A stretch of DNA of 64,000 bases from an uncultured delta proteobacterium (GTDB taxonomy: Bacteria > Desulfobacterota > Zymogenia > Zymogenales > Zymogenaceae), in assembly GCA_963735595.1 (NCBI GenBank), contig CAVTLK010000005.1, positions 256,001-320,000 on the forward strand. The letters run 5' to 3'. A model generated the notes under the pieces. That model saw nothing but the letters and a program-made list of their open reading frames with translations. It made no database searches and was not told the DNA's origin. How positions within the stretch are numbered: the first letter of the stretch is position 1; each line of letters starts with the position of its first letter. The translations under genes were made by a program, and so were the position numbers. Of the stretch, positions 51,852 through 62,231 are shown piece by piece.

Positions 51852-52334
51852 ATGAAAAAGACCATCTTTCGTATCGCGCGGGCCGCCGCCATTGTTGCCA
51901 TTGCTGCCATGGCCGCCATGGCCGTCATTCTCGGCTGCACGACGGTGTCAACGAGCGGCGGGCCCGAGACCGCCCCGGCCGATCTATCCGCCGCCGTCAT
52001 GGGCAGGCTCGTGAGCGCCTATGAGCAGCGCGACGCGCAGGGATTCATGACGCTGGTCTCGGTCCGATATCTGGGGGGCTTCGAGGATCTCCAGACAGCC
52101 CTCGAAGATAGCCTGAAAACGACGGTCTCGATTGAGCTGGACGTGAGACCGGAGCGAATCTGGGAATCCGAGGACGGCATGATCTTCATGGATGCCGGCT
52201 GGAGCAAGGCGATTACACGGAGGGACGCCCCGGGCGTCGAAATCACGTTCGGGAGGGTCACCGCTATCTTCATCCGATATAAAGCCGACGTCATCAAGCT
52301 CTTTGCCCAGAAGGGTGATCCGGTATTTCCCTGA
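51852..52334 (+). CDS. hypothetical lipoprotein (possibly NTF2-like fold)
   Basis: VILGC lipobox; AYEQRDAQGFMTLVS..Y; GAGGT RBS. Confidence 0.7.
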   Translation: MKKTIFRIARAAAIVAIAAMAAMAVILGCTTVSTSGGPETAPADLSAAVMGRLVSAYEQRDAQGFMTLVSVRYLGGFEDLQTALEDSLKTTVSIELDVRPERIWESEDGMIFMDAGWSKAITRRDAPGVEITFGRVTAIFIRYKADVIKLFAQKGDPVFP

Positions 52335-52376
52335 AACGACGGTTTCGTGATTTCGTCGGCGGTCCGGCCGGGCACG

Positions 52377-52404
52377 CGCTATACGCCGTACGCTATACGC
52401 TATG
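52377..52404. repeat. short heptamer tandem repeat
   Basis: CGCTATA CGCCGTA CGCTATA CGCTATG. Confidence 0.6.
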
Positions 52405-52444
52405 GGCTCTGGGCCGCGTCGTCCGTAACCGCTGAATCGCACTA

Positions 52445-53161
52445 ATGAGGTTTCGTATGAAACGATCGCTCATGATCATGCTCGTCTTCGGTATCCTTTC
52501 CTGTGGCGCGGTCGCGCTTGCCGTGGGGGAAAACGCCTCCGTATCCGGCGACGGGGTGAGGATTCGGGAGGCACCCGGGACGTCCGGCGCGATAATCGGC
52601 TCGGTCAACAAGGGAACACGCCTTGCCGTGACCGCCCGGGCATCCCTCACCGAGACCATTGACGGGCACCTGGATTTTTGGTATGCCGTGCTGTATCAGG
52701 GAAAGAAGGGATATATATTCGGGCGGTTCCTGGCGTTGGACGCCGGGGCGGTCATCCCCGCGGAGGGGGCGCCGGCGCCCCAGGTGCCGACGCTTGCCGC
52801 CGTAGCCGTACGTCCCGAGGATATCATCGGCGATTGGGCGCTTTTCGACGGGTCGCCGCCGGTCATCTATACCCTCGAGCCGGAAGGGTCGGCCGCGTAT
52901 CTATCCTTCCAGTGGGATCTCGATATGGCGGCGACGGGCCACAGGGTTTCGAGAAAGTACCTCACGGCCGACCTCGTCCGGGGGAGCTATACGATCGAGG
53001 GCTCAACGGTGCGCGTCGCCTGGTACTGGGGCGAAAAAGCCGAGAGCCTGTTTACCGTCCAGAAGGGCAAGGACGGCATGATCCTGGTTATCGACGGGAA
53101 AGAGATCGGCGCCCGGTTTCATACGCAGGCGCCGGGGCAACACCCATCGGCGACATCGTGA
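52445..53161 (+). CDS. secreted bacterial SH3 domain protein; 3' end may be frameshifted (alternative stop 53184)
   Basis: signal peptide; VRIREAPGTSGAII, WYAVLYQGKKGYIFG. Confidence 0.8.
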   Translation: MRFRMKRSLMIMLVFGILSCGAVALAVGENASVSGDGVRIREAPGTSGAIIGSVNKGTRLAVTARASLTETIDGHLDFWYAVLYQGKKGYIFGRFLALDAGAVIPAEGAPAPQVPTLAAVAVRPEDIIGDWALFDGSPPVIYTLEPEGSAAYLSFQWDLDMAATGHRVSRKYLTADLVRGSYTIEGSTVRVAWYWGEKAESLFTVQKGKDGMILVIDGKEIGARFHTQAPGQHPSATS

Positions 53162-53329
53162 TAAACACCGAGCCCGACCTGTGACGATGAGCATCGACGA
53201 CGGCCCGCGGCCGTAACGCGTAAACCGGCGCCGTTTTTTGATTGAAGTCTTATGTATTTGTGCTATTATTAACCAGATAAGGTTCTTATAACTGGATCGA
53301 GAGAGACCCACTACGACAGGGAGGAGAGT

Positions 53330-54079
53330 ATGTCCGGCCATTCAAAATGGGCGAGCATTAAGCACAAAAAGGGGGCGGTGGACGCCAAGCGGGGCAAGGC
53401 GTTCACAAAGTTGATCAAGGAACTGACCGTCGCCGCGCGGATGGGCGGCGCCGATCCGAATTTCAATCCGAGGCTTCGCACGGCCGTCGCCGCAGCCAAG
53501 GCGGCCAACATGCCCAAGGACAACATCGACCGCGCCGTAAAGAAGGGCACGGGAGATTTGGATGGAGTTCACTACGAGGAGGTCGTCTACGAGGGATACG
53601 GGCCGGCCGGTGTCGCCCTTATCGTAGAGGTTCTGACCGACAACCGGAACCGCACGGTGGCCGATATTAGATATATCCTTTCGAGGAACTCAGGGAGGCT
53701 CGGCGAGACCGGCTCCGTGAGCTACATGTTCGAAAAACGGGGGGTTGTCTCCATAGACAAGAGCGGCATCGATGAAGACAGGCTGATGGGCGACGCCCTC
53801 GACGCCGGGGCGCTGGATGTCATCGACGAGGGGAGCACGTTTGAGGTCATAACCGAGCCGTCGGATTTCGAGGCGGTCAGGGGCGCCCTCGAAAAGAAGG
53901 ACTTTTCGATCTCCGAGGCGTCGGTGACAATGCTGCCGAAAAACAGCGTGGCGGTAACGGGTAAGGACGCCGAGAGGATGCTCCGGCTCATGGATGCCCT
54001 GGAGGATAACGACGACGTGCAAAACGTCTACGCCAATTTTGACATTCCCGATGAAGTCATGGAGGAGCTGAATATCTAG
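53330..54079 (+). CDS. yebC: YebC/PmpR family protein
   Basis: [40 protein letters not shown]. Confidence 0.97.
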   Translation: MSGHSKWASIKHKKGAVDAKRGKAFTKLIKELTVAARMGGADPNFNPRLRTAVAAAKAANMPKDNIDRAVKKGTGDLDGVHYEEVVYEGYGPAGVALIVEVLTDNRNRTVADIRYILSRNSGRLGETGSVSYMFEKRGVVSIDKSGIDEDRLMGDALDAGALDVIDEGSTFEVITEPSDFEAVRGALEKKDFSISEASVTMLPKNSVAVTGKDAERMLRLMDALEDNDDVQNVYANFDIPDEVMEELNI

Positions 54080-54569
54080 CGGGGTTATCGTCGGCATCGA
54101 CCCGGGGATCACCGTTACGGGATACGGCGTTATCCGCGGGGGGAAGACGCTCCAGGTGGTCTCAAAAGGTGAGATTCGCCCGAAGGCCGATCTGCCCCTG
54201 GCCCAGCGCCTTGACGCTATCTTTTCGGGTATCCAGCTCATCCTGACTGAATCCTCCCCCGATGCCCTCGCGGTGGAGGGGCTCTTTCATGCCAAGAACG
54301 TATCCAGCGCGCTGACGCTTGCCCATGCGCGGGGTGTTGTCTTTCTGGCGGCGGCGCGCTACGACATCCCGGTCTTCGAGTATTCTCCGCGAGAGGTGAA
54401 ATCGGCGGTCACCGGATACGGCGCCGCCGAAAAGGGTCAGGTTGAATCGATGATCAGGGTGATCCTCTGTGTTGAGGGAAAGGTATCCAGTCACGCCTGT
54501 GACGCGCTGGCGGTGGCGCTCTGCCATTACCACGGCGCCCGGTTTCGCGAGATACAGGGCATGGTATGA
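54072..54569 (+). CDS. ruvC: crossover junction endodeoxyribonuclease RuvC, probable ATA start
   Basis: in-frame [14 protein letters not shown] upstream of the called [33 protein letters not shown]. Confidence 0.93.
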   Translation: MSSGVIVGIDPGITVTGYGVIRGGKTLQVVSKGEIRPKADLPLAQRLDAIFSGIQLILTESSPDALAVEGLFHAKNVSSALTLAHARGVVFLAAARYDIPVFEYSPREVKSAVTGYGAAEKGQVESMIRVILCVEGKVSSHACDALAVALCHYHGARFREIQGMV

Positions 54570-55156
54570 TCGCAGAGCTTACCGGCATAATCGTAAAAAA
54601 GGCGTTTAACCACGTCGTGCTTGACGTAGGCGGTGTCGGCTATCTGGTGCTGATCCCGCTCTCGACCTTCTCGGCCCTGCCCGACGACGACCGGGCCGTT
54701 CGGCTCTATATCCACACCCACGTCCGGGAAGACGCCATCTCGCTGTTCGGTTTCTGTTCGGAACAGGAGCGGGAGCTTTTCGTCGACCTTATCTCGGTCT
54801 CCGGCATCGGCCCCAAGCTCGCCACTACGATCCTCTCGGGCGCGTCGGCCCACGAGGTTCGGTCCTATATCGTGGGGGGCAACGTTACCGGGTTTGTGGG
54901 TCTGCCGGGCGTCGGCAAGAAGACGGCCGAGCGGATTGTCCTGGAGCTCAAGGAGAAGCTGGCCAAACGGGGGGCGGCGGGCGGCGAGGCCCGTGAGGGT
55001 GAGGCGGGAGGGCCCGCCGACGTGGCGGAGGCCCTCGTCAACCTCGGCTACACCCGTGTCCAGGCCCACGACGCGGTCCGGGAAGCGACCAAGGACGGCG
55101 CAACCGACCTCGGCGAGATCCTGAAGAGGGCGCTGAAGGCCCTCTCAAAATGGTAA
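54566..55156 (+). CDS. ruvA: Holliday junction branch migration protein RuvA
   Basis: DVGGVGY, HVREDA..LFGF, SVSGIGPK, PGVGKKTAERI. Confidence 0.96.
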   Translation: MIAELTGIIVKKAFNHVVLDVGGVGYLVLIPLSTFSALPDDDRAVRLYIHTHVREDAISLFGFCSEQERELFVDLISVSGIGPKLATTILSGASAHEVRSYIVGGNVTGFVGLPGVGKKTAERIVLELKEKLAKRGAAGGEAREGEAGGPADVAEALVNLGYTRVQAHDAVREATKDGATDLGEILKRALKALSKW

Positions 55157-55164
55157 GGTGATCG

Positions 55165-56184
55165 ATGGACGTTCGCATCAACAACCCCCAGCCCACCGAC
55201 GACGACAGGCTTTTCGAAGAGGGCCTGAGGCCGCGGAGCCTATCGGAGTTCGTGGGGCAGAACGCGATCAAGGAAAACCTCTCGATATTTATCGAGGCGG
55301 CCAGGCGGCGTAACGAGGCCCTGGACCACGTGCTGCTCCTCGGGCCGCCGGGCCTGGGCAAGACGACGCTCGCCCACGTCATCTCCCACGAGCTTGGGGT
55401 TACGATAAGAACTACCTCCGGCCCGGTCATCGAGAGGGCCGGTGACCTGGCGGCCATCCTCACCAACCTCGAGGAGCGCGAGATCCTCTTTATCGACGAA
55501 ATCCACCGTCTTTCGCCCGCCGTGGAGGAGATCCTCTACCCGGCGATGGAGGATTATTCGCTGGATGTAATCATCGGCCAGGGGCCAAGCGCCCGCAGTA
55601 TCAAGCTGGGCCTTCCTCCCTATACCCTGGTGGGGGCTACCACGAGGGCGGGGCTCATCACCTCACCGCTCCGGGATCGGTTCGGGGTAGTGGCGCGGCT
55701 CGACTTCTACACCGCCCAGGACCTGACGGCCATCGCGCGCCGATCGGCGGCGATCCTCGGTATACAGATTACCGAGGAGGGTGCAACCCAGATCGCGTCC
55801 CGGTCCCGGGGCACGCCCCGGGTAGCCAACCGGCTCGTCAGACGCGTGAGGGATTTCGCTGAAGTTAGGGCCGACGGGATCATCGACGGCCGCGTGGCCC
55901 ACGAGGCGCTTACCCTCTTCAAGGTGGATGAGGCGGGATTTGACGAGATGGACCGTAAGCTCCTGCTGGCCATCATCGATAAGTTCGACGGCGGCCCGGT
56001 GGGCATTGAAACGCTGTCGGCCGCCCTGGGGGAAAATAAGGATACGATCGAAGATCTCTATGAACCCTACCTCATACAGGAAGGTTATCTCGACCGGACA
56101 CCTCGGGGGAGGGTTGCCACCCGGCGCGCCTACGAGCACCTCGACCGGAAGGCCACGAAACGGCAAAAGCAGTTCTTTGAATAA
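55165..56184 (+). CDS. ruvB: Holliday junction DNA helicase RuvB
   Basis: [46 protein letters not shown]. Confidence 0.98.
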   Translation: MDVRINNPQPTDDDRLFEEGLRPRSLSEFVGQNAIKENLSIFIEAARRRNEALDHVLLLGPPGLGKTTLAHVISHELGVTIRTTSGPVIERAGDLAAILTNLEEREILFIDEIHRLSPAVEEILYPAMEDYSLDVIIGQGPSARSIKLGLPPYTLVGATTRAGLITSPLRDRFGVVARLDFYTAQDLTAIARRSAAILGIQITEEGATQIASRSRGTPRVANRLVRRVRDFAEVRADGIIDGRVAHEALTLFKVDEAGFDEMDRKLLLAIIDKFDGGPVGIETLSAALGENKDTIEDLYEPYLIQEGYLDRTPRGRVATRRAYEHLDRKATKRQKQFFE

Positions 56185-56305
56185 AATTCCTTGCGAAAAA
56201 GAGACCCGTGTGGTATACAATCTCAATACATCGGAAACACTCTCGTTCGATCTTTCCCTACTGGTATCCTGAGACTCTCCCGTGCTCGGAGGGGTTTTTG
56301 GCAGC

Positions 56306-56686
56306 ATGATTCCGGGATTTAATCATAATATACGATATCGGGGGGTCCTCTACCACATCCAGACCGAGGACAGCGGCATTGAAAATCCCGTAGTGACAAC
56401 GCTCCTCTACAAGGGCGGCACCATCCTTTCCTCCAAGCGGACCAGCTATTCGGACATCGTCAATTCAGACAAAATGGAAGAGGTGGTCAAGGAGATCATG
56501 AAGGAACAGCATAAGCTGATGCTGTTCGATCTCAAGAACGGGGTATTTGAGAAGGCGGAAAAGGAGGCTGTGGCCGATACGAAGAAGGAAGAGGTAGTCT
56601 TCGGAGACAGCGTGATCTCGGAAAAATCACTGGACGAAGTCATCCTTGACTACCTGGCAGCAGAGGATACGGATTCAAAGAAATAG
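56306..56686 (+). CDS. conserved deltaproteobacterial protein, RomY-like
   Basis: GFNHNIRYRGVLYHIQTEDSG..SKRTSY..MKEQHK and C-terminal SEKSLDEVILDYL; directly upstream of ftsE; family recognised from memory only. Confidence 0.6.
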   Translation: MIPGFNHNIRYRGVLYHIQTEDSGIENPVVTTLLYKGGTILSSKRTSYSDIVNSDKMEEVVKEIMKEQHKLMLFDLKNGVFEKAEKEAVADTKKEEVVFGDSVISEKSLDEVILDYLAAEDTDSKK

Positions 56687-56756
56687 TATGGCACCAGGAT
56701 CATTTCCGAGAGGTGGGGGCTGGAGATCTTTCGGGCAATGATTTTTTTTTAATACA

Positions 56757-57422
56757 ATGACTGAACCCATGATTCGCCTCCACCACGTATATAAAAACTA
56801 CGGCACCGGCCATGATGCCCTGGTTGACGTCACCTTCTCAGTTGCCCGAGGGGAATTTCTCTTCCTTACCGGACCGTCGGGCGCCGGAAAGACCACCCTC
56901 CTAAAACTCCTGTATCTGGCGGAACATCCGACGAAAGGGCAGGTCTTTATCAACGGGGTCAACGCGAGCACGATCCAGGAGCGAAAGATCCCCTACCTCC
57001 GGAGGGCCGTGGGAGTGGTCTTCCAGGATTTTAAGCTCCTGACCTCCGTGACGGTGGCCGAGAACATCGCCTTTCCGCTCGAGGTCATGGGGATGCCGCG
57101 CCACGAGATAAAAAAGCAGGTGATGCGAGTCCTTAAATTCGTGGGGCTCCAGGATAAGTACGACGCAAAACCCCTGGAGCTGTCCGGCGGGGAACAGCAG
57201 CGGGTGGCCATCGCCCGTGCGGTCGCCAACGAGCCGCCGATCCTGATAGCCGACGAGCCCACGGGCAACCTGGACTCTGAGCTCACCATGGATATTATCA
57301 GGCTCATGAACTATATTCACCAGCGGGGCGCTACCGTCATTATGGCGACTCACAACAAGGACATCGTTGAACGGTTTCATATGCGGCTTATTTCGTTGTC
57401 CAGGGGAAGGATCGTAAACTGA
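56757..57422 (+). CDS. ftsE: cell division ATP-binding protein FtsE
   Basis: [45 protein letters not shown]. Confidence 0.96.
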   Translation: MTEPMIRLHHVYKNYGTGHDALVDVTFSVARGEFLFLTGPSGAGKTTLLKLLYLAEHPTKGQVFINGVNASTIQERKIPYLRRAVGVVFQDFKLLTSVTVAENIAFPLEVMGMPRHEIKKQVMRVLKFVGLQDKYDAKPLELSGGEQQRVAIARAVANEPPILIADEPTGNLDSELTMDIIRLMNYIHQRGATVIMATHNKDIVERFHMRLISLSRGRIVN

Positions 57423-58322
57423 ATGTTTTTCGTTAGGTTCTCCTATTTTTTACGAAAGGCCCTCTCGAATTTCAAGGCCTATCCCCTGGTGACCATGCTG
57501 GCCACGGCCACCGTCGCGTTTTCCGTCTTTCTCTTCTGCGCGTACCTCCTGTTTCTGGTTAATCTTACGGGGCTTTTGGCGGGGGTCGGCACAACCGTCC
57601 GTGTTACCGTATATCTATCCGACTACCTTGAGGGGCAGCAGATCGAAGAGGTGAAGGACGCCATCCTTTCCATCAAGGAAGTCGACGGCGCCACTTTCAT
57701 CTCCAAAGAGGAGGCGCTCACGTTCCTCAAAGAGTCATTTCAGGATCAGGCCGAGGTCCTGGAAGGGCTTGACGGCAATCCGCTTCCCGCCTCTTTCGAG
57801 GTGACGCTGCTCGAGAGCAGCCGCACACCCGAATCCATACGGCTCGTTGCCGATAAGATCGGGCGCATGAGGGGCGTCGATGACGTTGTCTATCCCCGGG
57901 AGTGGTTGACGCGTTTTCACGAATTCGTGCGGTTCGTCCAGGCGGCCGGTGTTGCCGTTGGGGCCGTCCTTTCGCTGGTGGCCGTCGCTATTATCGCCAA
58001 TACCTTCAAACTCATCATTCTCTCCCGCCGGCAGGAGATAGAGATCATGAAGCTCGTGGGCGCCACGAATTCCCTCATCAAGACCCCAATCCTGATGGAG
58101 GGAATGCTGGTGGGGCTTGTCGGCTCAACAGCCGCCGTTGCCGGGCTTTTTGCATTGTTCTCGTATTTCATGGAGCACTTCTACGAGTCCGTTAGCCTCT
58201 TTGTCGGTCCCGTCGTGCTGGCTTTCTTCTCGCCGCCTATTATCGGCGCCGTAATCGGCGCGAGCACGCTGCTGGGTCTTGCGGGAAGCCTGCTATCGTT
58301 CGGGAGGTTGTTGAAGGTGTAG
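57423..58322 (+). CDS. ftsX: cell division permease FtsX
   Basis: FISKEEAL, NPLPASFEV, EIEIMKLVGAT..IKTP..EG. Confidence 0.95.
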   Translation: MFFVRFSYFLRKALSNFKAYPLVTMLATATVAFSVFLFCAYLLFLVNLTGLLAGVGTTVRVTVYLSDYLEGQQIEEVKDAILSIKEVDGATFISKEEALTFLKESFQDQAEVLEGLDGNPLPASFEVTLLESSRTPESIRLVADKIGRMRGVDDVVYPREWLTRFHEFVRFVQAAGVAVGAVLSLVAVAIIANTFKLIILSRRQEIEIMKLVGATNSLIKTPILMEGMLVGLVGSTAAVAGLFALFSYFMEHFYESVSLFVGPVVLAFFSPPIIGAVIGASTLLGLAGSLLSFGRLLKV

Positions 58323-58323
58323 T

Positions 58324-59553
58324 ATGCGGGTTTGGGTGGGAGCCGTCGTTCTGCTGGTCATGATGTCTCTGGTCCCCGTCGCGAAGACGGAGGAAATCCA
58401 GGACAAGACCAAAGAGCTGACCACCATCAAGAAGGAGATCGAGGAGAAGCGCCGGAAAATCAAAGAAGCCGCGAAAGAGGAAAAATCGATCCTCTCGCAG
58501 CTCTCGGAGATGGATAAGAAGCTCTCGGGCAAGGAAAAAGAGATCGTGTCCATCGGACACGAGATCGACGCGGCAGACGGGGATATCAAGCAGCTCGAGT
58601 TTGCCGTTGCCGAGATCAAGGGCAGGATCGCATCCAAGCGTAAGGAGATTGAAAAGCGTCTGGCCGCCCTCTATAAACTGGGGGAAGCGGGGTATCTGCC
58701 GGTCCTGTTTTGCGCGGCGGACGCGGATGACGTCAAGCGGCGGGGGAAATACCTCTCGGCGGTCATCAATTCGGACCGGGCGCTCTTTGATTCATTTGCG
58801 GCCGATCTTGACGAACTGGAGAGTTCGATGCAGGAGCTGAAGGCCGAAAAGAGCGCGCTCGTGCTCCTCAGGGAAAACGCAGACAAGAAGACCCTCGATC
58901 TGTTGCGGGAAAAGGAGCGGCGAACGTCGTACCTGTCCGGCATCCGGGAGAAAAAGTCGTCATACGAGCAGGCGCTCTTGGAGCTGGAGACCGCGCAAAA
59001 AAAGCTCTCGGCGCTCATTGAGCTGCTGCAGCAGGAAAAAGAGCGCAAGGAGCGGGAGGCGAGAGAGGCCAAGGAGCGGGCGAAGAAAGATACTAAAGAG
59101 AAAACGGTTCCGGTAAAGGAACCTCTATCGGTGCCTTCCGGGGTAAATTTCGTCGGTCTCAAGGGCAAGCTTCCCTACCCAACCGGAGGCACCATTATTA
59201 CCAAATACGGCAAGGGTAAGGACCCCAAGTACGACAATCCGGTCTACAGCAAGGGGATAGAAATAAAGGCCCCGTTGGGCAGCCCCATTATCTCCGTTGC
59301 CGACGGCCAGATTGTCTATTCCGACTACTTTATGGGCTACGGCAACCTCGTTATCATCGATCACGGCGACGGCTACTATACGGTATATGCTCATGCGCAG
59401 ACCTTAGCGAAGAAGGTCGGTGACAAGGTAAAGGCAAAAGAAAAAATCGGGACGGTCGGCGACACCGGGTCGCTTAAGGGCCCAACGCTTTATTTTGAGA
59501 TCAGGCATCACGGCAGCACGGCCGATCCCGAGCAATGGCTGGCGGCCAAATGA
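58324..59553 (+). CDS. envC: murein hydrolase activator EnvC family (coiled coil plus degenerate M23)
   Basis: signal, long coiled coil, KGIEI, GYGNLVIIDHG, YAH, LYFEIR (Zn ligands degenerate); follows ftsEX. Confidence 0.9.
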   Translation: MRVWVGAVVLLVMMSLVPVAKTEEIQDKTKELTTIKKEIEEKRRKIKEAAKEEKSILSQLSEMDKKLSGKEKEIVSIGHEIDAADGDIKQLEFAVAEIKGRIASKRKEIEKRLAALYKLGEAGYLPVLFCAADADDVKRRGKYLSAVINSDRALFDSFAADLDELESSMQELKAEKSALVLLRENADKKTLDLLREKERRTSYLSGIREKKSSYEQALLELETAQKKLSALIELLQQEKERKEREAREAKERAKKDTKEKTVPVKEPLSVPSGVNFVGLKGKLPYPTGGTIITKYGKGKDPKYDNPVYSKGIEIKAPLGSPIISVADGQIVYSDYFMGYGNLVIIDHGDGYYTVYAHAQTLAKKVGDKVKAKEKIGTVGDTGSLKGPTLYFEIRHHGSTADPEQWLAAK

Positions 59554-59605
59554 ATAACCAACGGCGGGGCGCCCGACTTGGGATACACAAGAAAGGAGAC
59601 AGAAC

Positions 59606-60850
59606 ATGTCAGCAGGTAACGGCAGGTTAAGGATCATTATCGTCTTTGTCCTGGTCTTTCTCGTCGGCGTATCGGCGGGAAAGGGATTAGACAAGGTTTT
59701 GGCGGCTTCTTCGAACGGCACCTACAAAAACCTCGAGCAGTTCATCGATGTCCTCAATCTGGTCAAGGAGAATTACGTCACCGAGGTGGATACGAACACG
59801 CTGATCACCAATGCGATCCGCGGGATGGTCTCCGGACTTGACCCCCACAGCGCCTTCTTTTCCCCCGACGAATACAAAGAGCTCCAGGTGGAGACCAGCG
59901 GCAGCTTCGGCGGCCTCGGGATAGAGCTGGGCATCATCGATAGTTACCCCGGCATCATTTCGCCCATCGAGGATACCCCCGCCTGGCGCATCGGGCTGAA
60001 GGCGGGCGACAAGATCGTGGCAATCGAGGGTAAATCCGCCGACGGCTTGCCGATTACCGAGGCGGTCAAGAAGCTCCGGGGTAAACCCGGCACGAAGGTC
60101 ACCATCTCCATCATGCGGGAGGGGTTTACCAAGCCGAGGGACTACACGATCACCCGGGAGATCATCAAGATCAAGAGCGTCAAATACGAGGTGTTTGACA
60201 ACAATATCGCCTACGTGCGAATTGTGCAGTTCCAGGAGCGGACCTCTATTGATATGCGGACGGCTCTTGACGCCGTCGTCAAGAAGACCGGCGGCGACGT
60301 CCGGGGGATCATCCTCGACCTCAGGAACGATCCGGGCGGGCTCCTGGGTAAGTCGGTCGAGGTAGCCGACGACTTCATAGAAGAAGGGATCATCGTCTAT
60401 ACCAAGGGGAGGGTTTCCGGCAGCGACATCACCTTTAACGCCAAGAAGGACGGAACGCTGCCCACCGACATCCCGATGGTCGTGCTGGTCAACGGTGGAA
60501 GCGCCAGCGCCTCGGAGATCGTGGCGGGCGCCCTGAAGGACCACAAACGGGCCATCCTCATCGGTGAGAAGACCTACGGCAAGGGATCGGTGCAGACCAT
60601 CATCCCGCTGCCCGACGGATCGGGCCTCAAGCTTACGACCGCCAAGTACTTCACCCCCAGCGGCGTATCGATTCAGGACAAGGGGATCATTCCGGATATC
60701 GTCATCGAGAACAAGGAACCGGAGGAGCCGGCCAACGGCGACGCGGTGACCGGAACTGAAGAGAAGAAGAAATTGCCCGACGCGCAGCTCGATAAGGCCA
60801 AAGAGGTCATCCTCAACTGGGACTCCTACAAGGGGATGCTTTCAAAATAG
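59606..60850 (+). CDS. ctpA: S41 carboxyl-terminal processing protease
   Basis: LDPHS, PDZ, DLRNDPGG, SASASEIVAGAL, GKGSVQ, LTTAKYFTPSG. Confidence 0.94.
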   Translation: MSAGNGRLRIIIVFVLVFLVGVSAGKGLDKVLAASSNGTYKNLEQFIDVLNLVKENYVTEVDTNTLITNAIRGMVSGLDPHSAFFSPDEYKELQVETSGSFGGLGIELGIIDSYPGIISPIEDTPAWRIGLKAGDKIVAIEGKSADGLPITEAVKKLRGKPGTKVTISIMREGFTKPRDYTITREIIKIKSVKYEVFDNNIAYVRIVQFQERTSIDMRTALDAVVKKTGGDVRGIILDLRNDPGGLLGKSVEVADDFIEEGIIVYTKGRVSGSDITFNAKKDGTLPTDIPMVVLVNGGSASASEIVAGALKDHKRAILIGEKTYGKGSVQTIIPLPDGSGLKLTTAKYFTPSGVSIQDKGIIPDIVIENKEPEEPANGDAVTGTEEKKKLPDAQLDKAKEVILNWDSYKGMLSK

Positions 60851-60919
60851 GCGATACCGCACGGGGCCGGCCCCTGAAGTCTTCGGCATAGGCCGGGATC
60901 AGGGACCGCGGCCCCTACC

Positions 60920-62221
60920 GTGACCCGACGACCTCAACCGGATTGGCGCGAACTTATATCGATGGCTATGGAACAGAATAAACAGCGAGGAAGAAAAAAG
61001 ACATTAAGAACCGCCATCTTTTCTGCGCGGAAAAAGCCGGGCCGCCGCCTGGTGCGGCGCTACGCACTGGCGGCAGTTATCCTCCTGATCGTGCTGGTAT
61101 TGGCGGTAGCGCTGCTGATACGGGTGCTGCAGCCGGATAATGAGGGAGTCGCCTCCGCCCCCCCGCCCCCCCTGATCGGCTCCCCGCTTACCCCGGACGA
61201 AACCCGGACCCGGATTGCCGCTTTGAATGAAAAAATAACGGAGGCGCTCTCCGATATCGGGCTTTCACCCGATTCGGTGTCGGAATTGACGGAGGCCGGG
61301 GAAAGCCGGCCCGATATAGAATACGTCCGAATCCAGGAGCACTACGCCGTTCCCGCAGGCATGAGGTCCGAGCGCGTCAGGGGATACCTGCAAGACTATG
61401 TCGAAGGATATCGGGGGGTTCTCTCCGAAGAAACGGCCGAGACGGCCCAGGGCGGTTTCGAGATGACCGTCTTCGCCTACGGCCTGCCGATCCGGGGCCT
61501 TTCCTTTTCCACAACGGCAGGTTCGCCGCCCCCTCCGCCCCCCCCCGGCGCCAAGCTTCCGAAGGTGGCCATTATTATCGACGATATGGGCGCCAACAGG
61601 GCGGCGCTGAACGACCTCCTTTCCCTCAAGTATCCCGTGACCATTGCGGTCATCCCGTTTCTGGAATTATCCACCGAGACGGCCGATACCGCCTATAAAA
61701 AGGGACGCGAAGTGATCCTCCACCTTCCCATGGAGCCGATGGACTACCCGCAGTATAATCCCGGCACGGGGGCGCTCTTCACCTTTATGACGGCCGACGA
61801 ATTCAGGGCCGCTCTGGCCGAGGATCTGGCGGCGGTCCCCCATATCAGCGGAGTGAACAACCACATGGGCTCGTCACTGACCCAGGACCGGGAGAAGATG
61901 GAAATCGTCCTTGCAGCGATCAAGGAGCGCCGCCTCTTCTTCGTAGACTCCCGAACGACATCGAAGACGGTGGCGTACGACGCGGCGGTAAAGCTGGGGG
62001 TCTCGGCGCTGGAGCGAGACGTCTTTTTGGACAACGAGGCAAACGTCGAGAGCGTCAAGGCACAGATCGACGAGCTTATTAAAAAGGCAAAGGCCGAAGG
62101 CACCGCCCTCGGCATCGGCCACCCGCGCCCAGCGACGATCAAGGCGCTCAAGGAGATGGAAAAGAGGCTGACCGGGTCCGAGGTCCAGGTGGTGCCGGCA
62201 AGCGGTTTGTTGAAAAAATAG
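60920..62221 (+). CDS. divergent polysaccharide deacetylase family protein; start uncertain
   Basis: N-terminal TM; AIIIDDMG, LHLPMEP, GVNNHMGS, FVDSRT, RDVFLDN, IGHP. Confidence 0.92.
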   Translation: MTRRPQPDWRELISMAMEQNKQRGRKKTLRTAIFSARKKPGRRLVRRYALAAVILLIVLVLAVALLIRVLQPDNEGVASAPPPPLIGSPLTPDETRTRIAALNEKITEALSDIGLSPDSVSELTEAGESRPDIEYVRIQEHYAVPAGMRSERVRGYLQDYVEGYRGVLSEETAETAQGGFEMTVFAYGLPIRGLSFSTTAGSPPPPPPPGAKLPKVAIIIDDMGANRAALNDLLSLKYPVTIAVIPFLELSTETADTAYKKGREVILHLPMEPMDYPQYNPGTGALFTFMTADEFRAALAEDLAAVPHISGVNNHMGSSLTQDREKMEIVLAAIKERRLFFVDSRTTSKTVAYDAAVKLGVSALERDVFLDNEANVESVKAQIDELIKKAKAEGTALGIGHPRPATIKALKEMEKRLTGSEVQVVPASGLLKK

Positions 62222-62231
62222 GTGGATACTC

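Noticed and set aside
58324..59553. Loss of catalytic residues in the M23 domain as a novelty
   Set aside because: This is normal for EnvC-type amidase activators.
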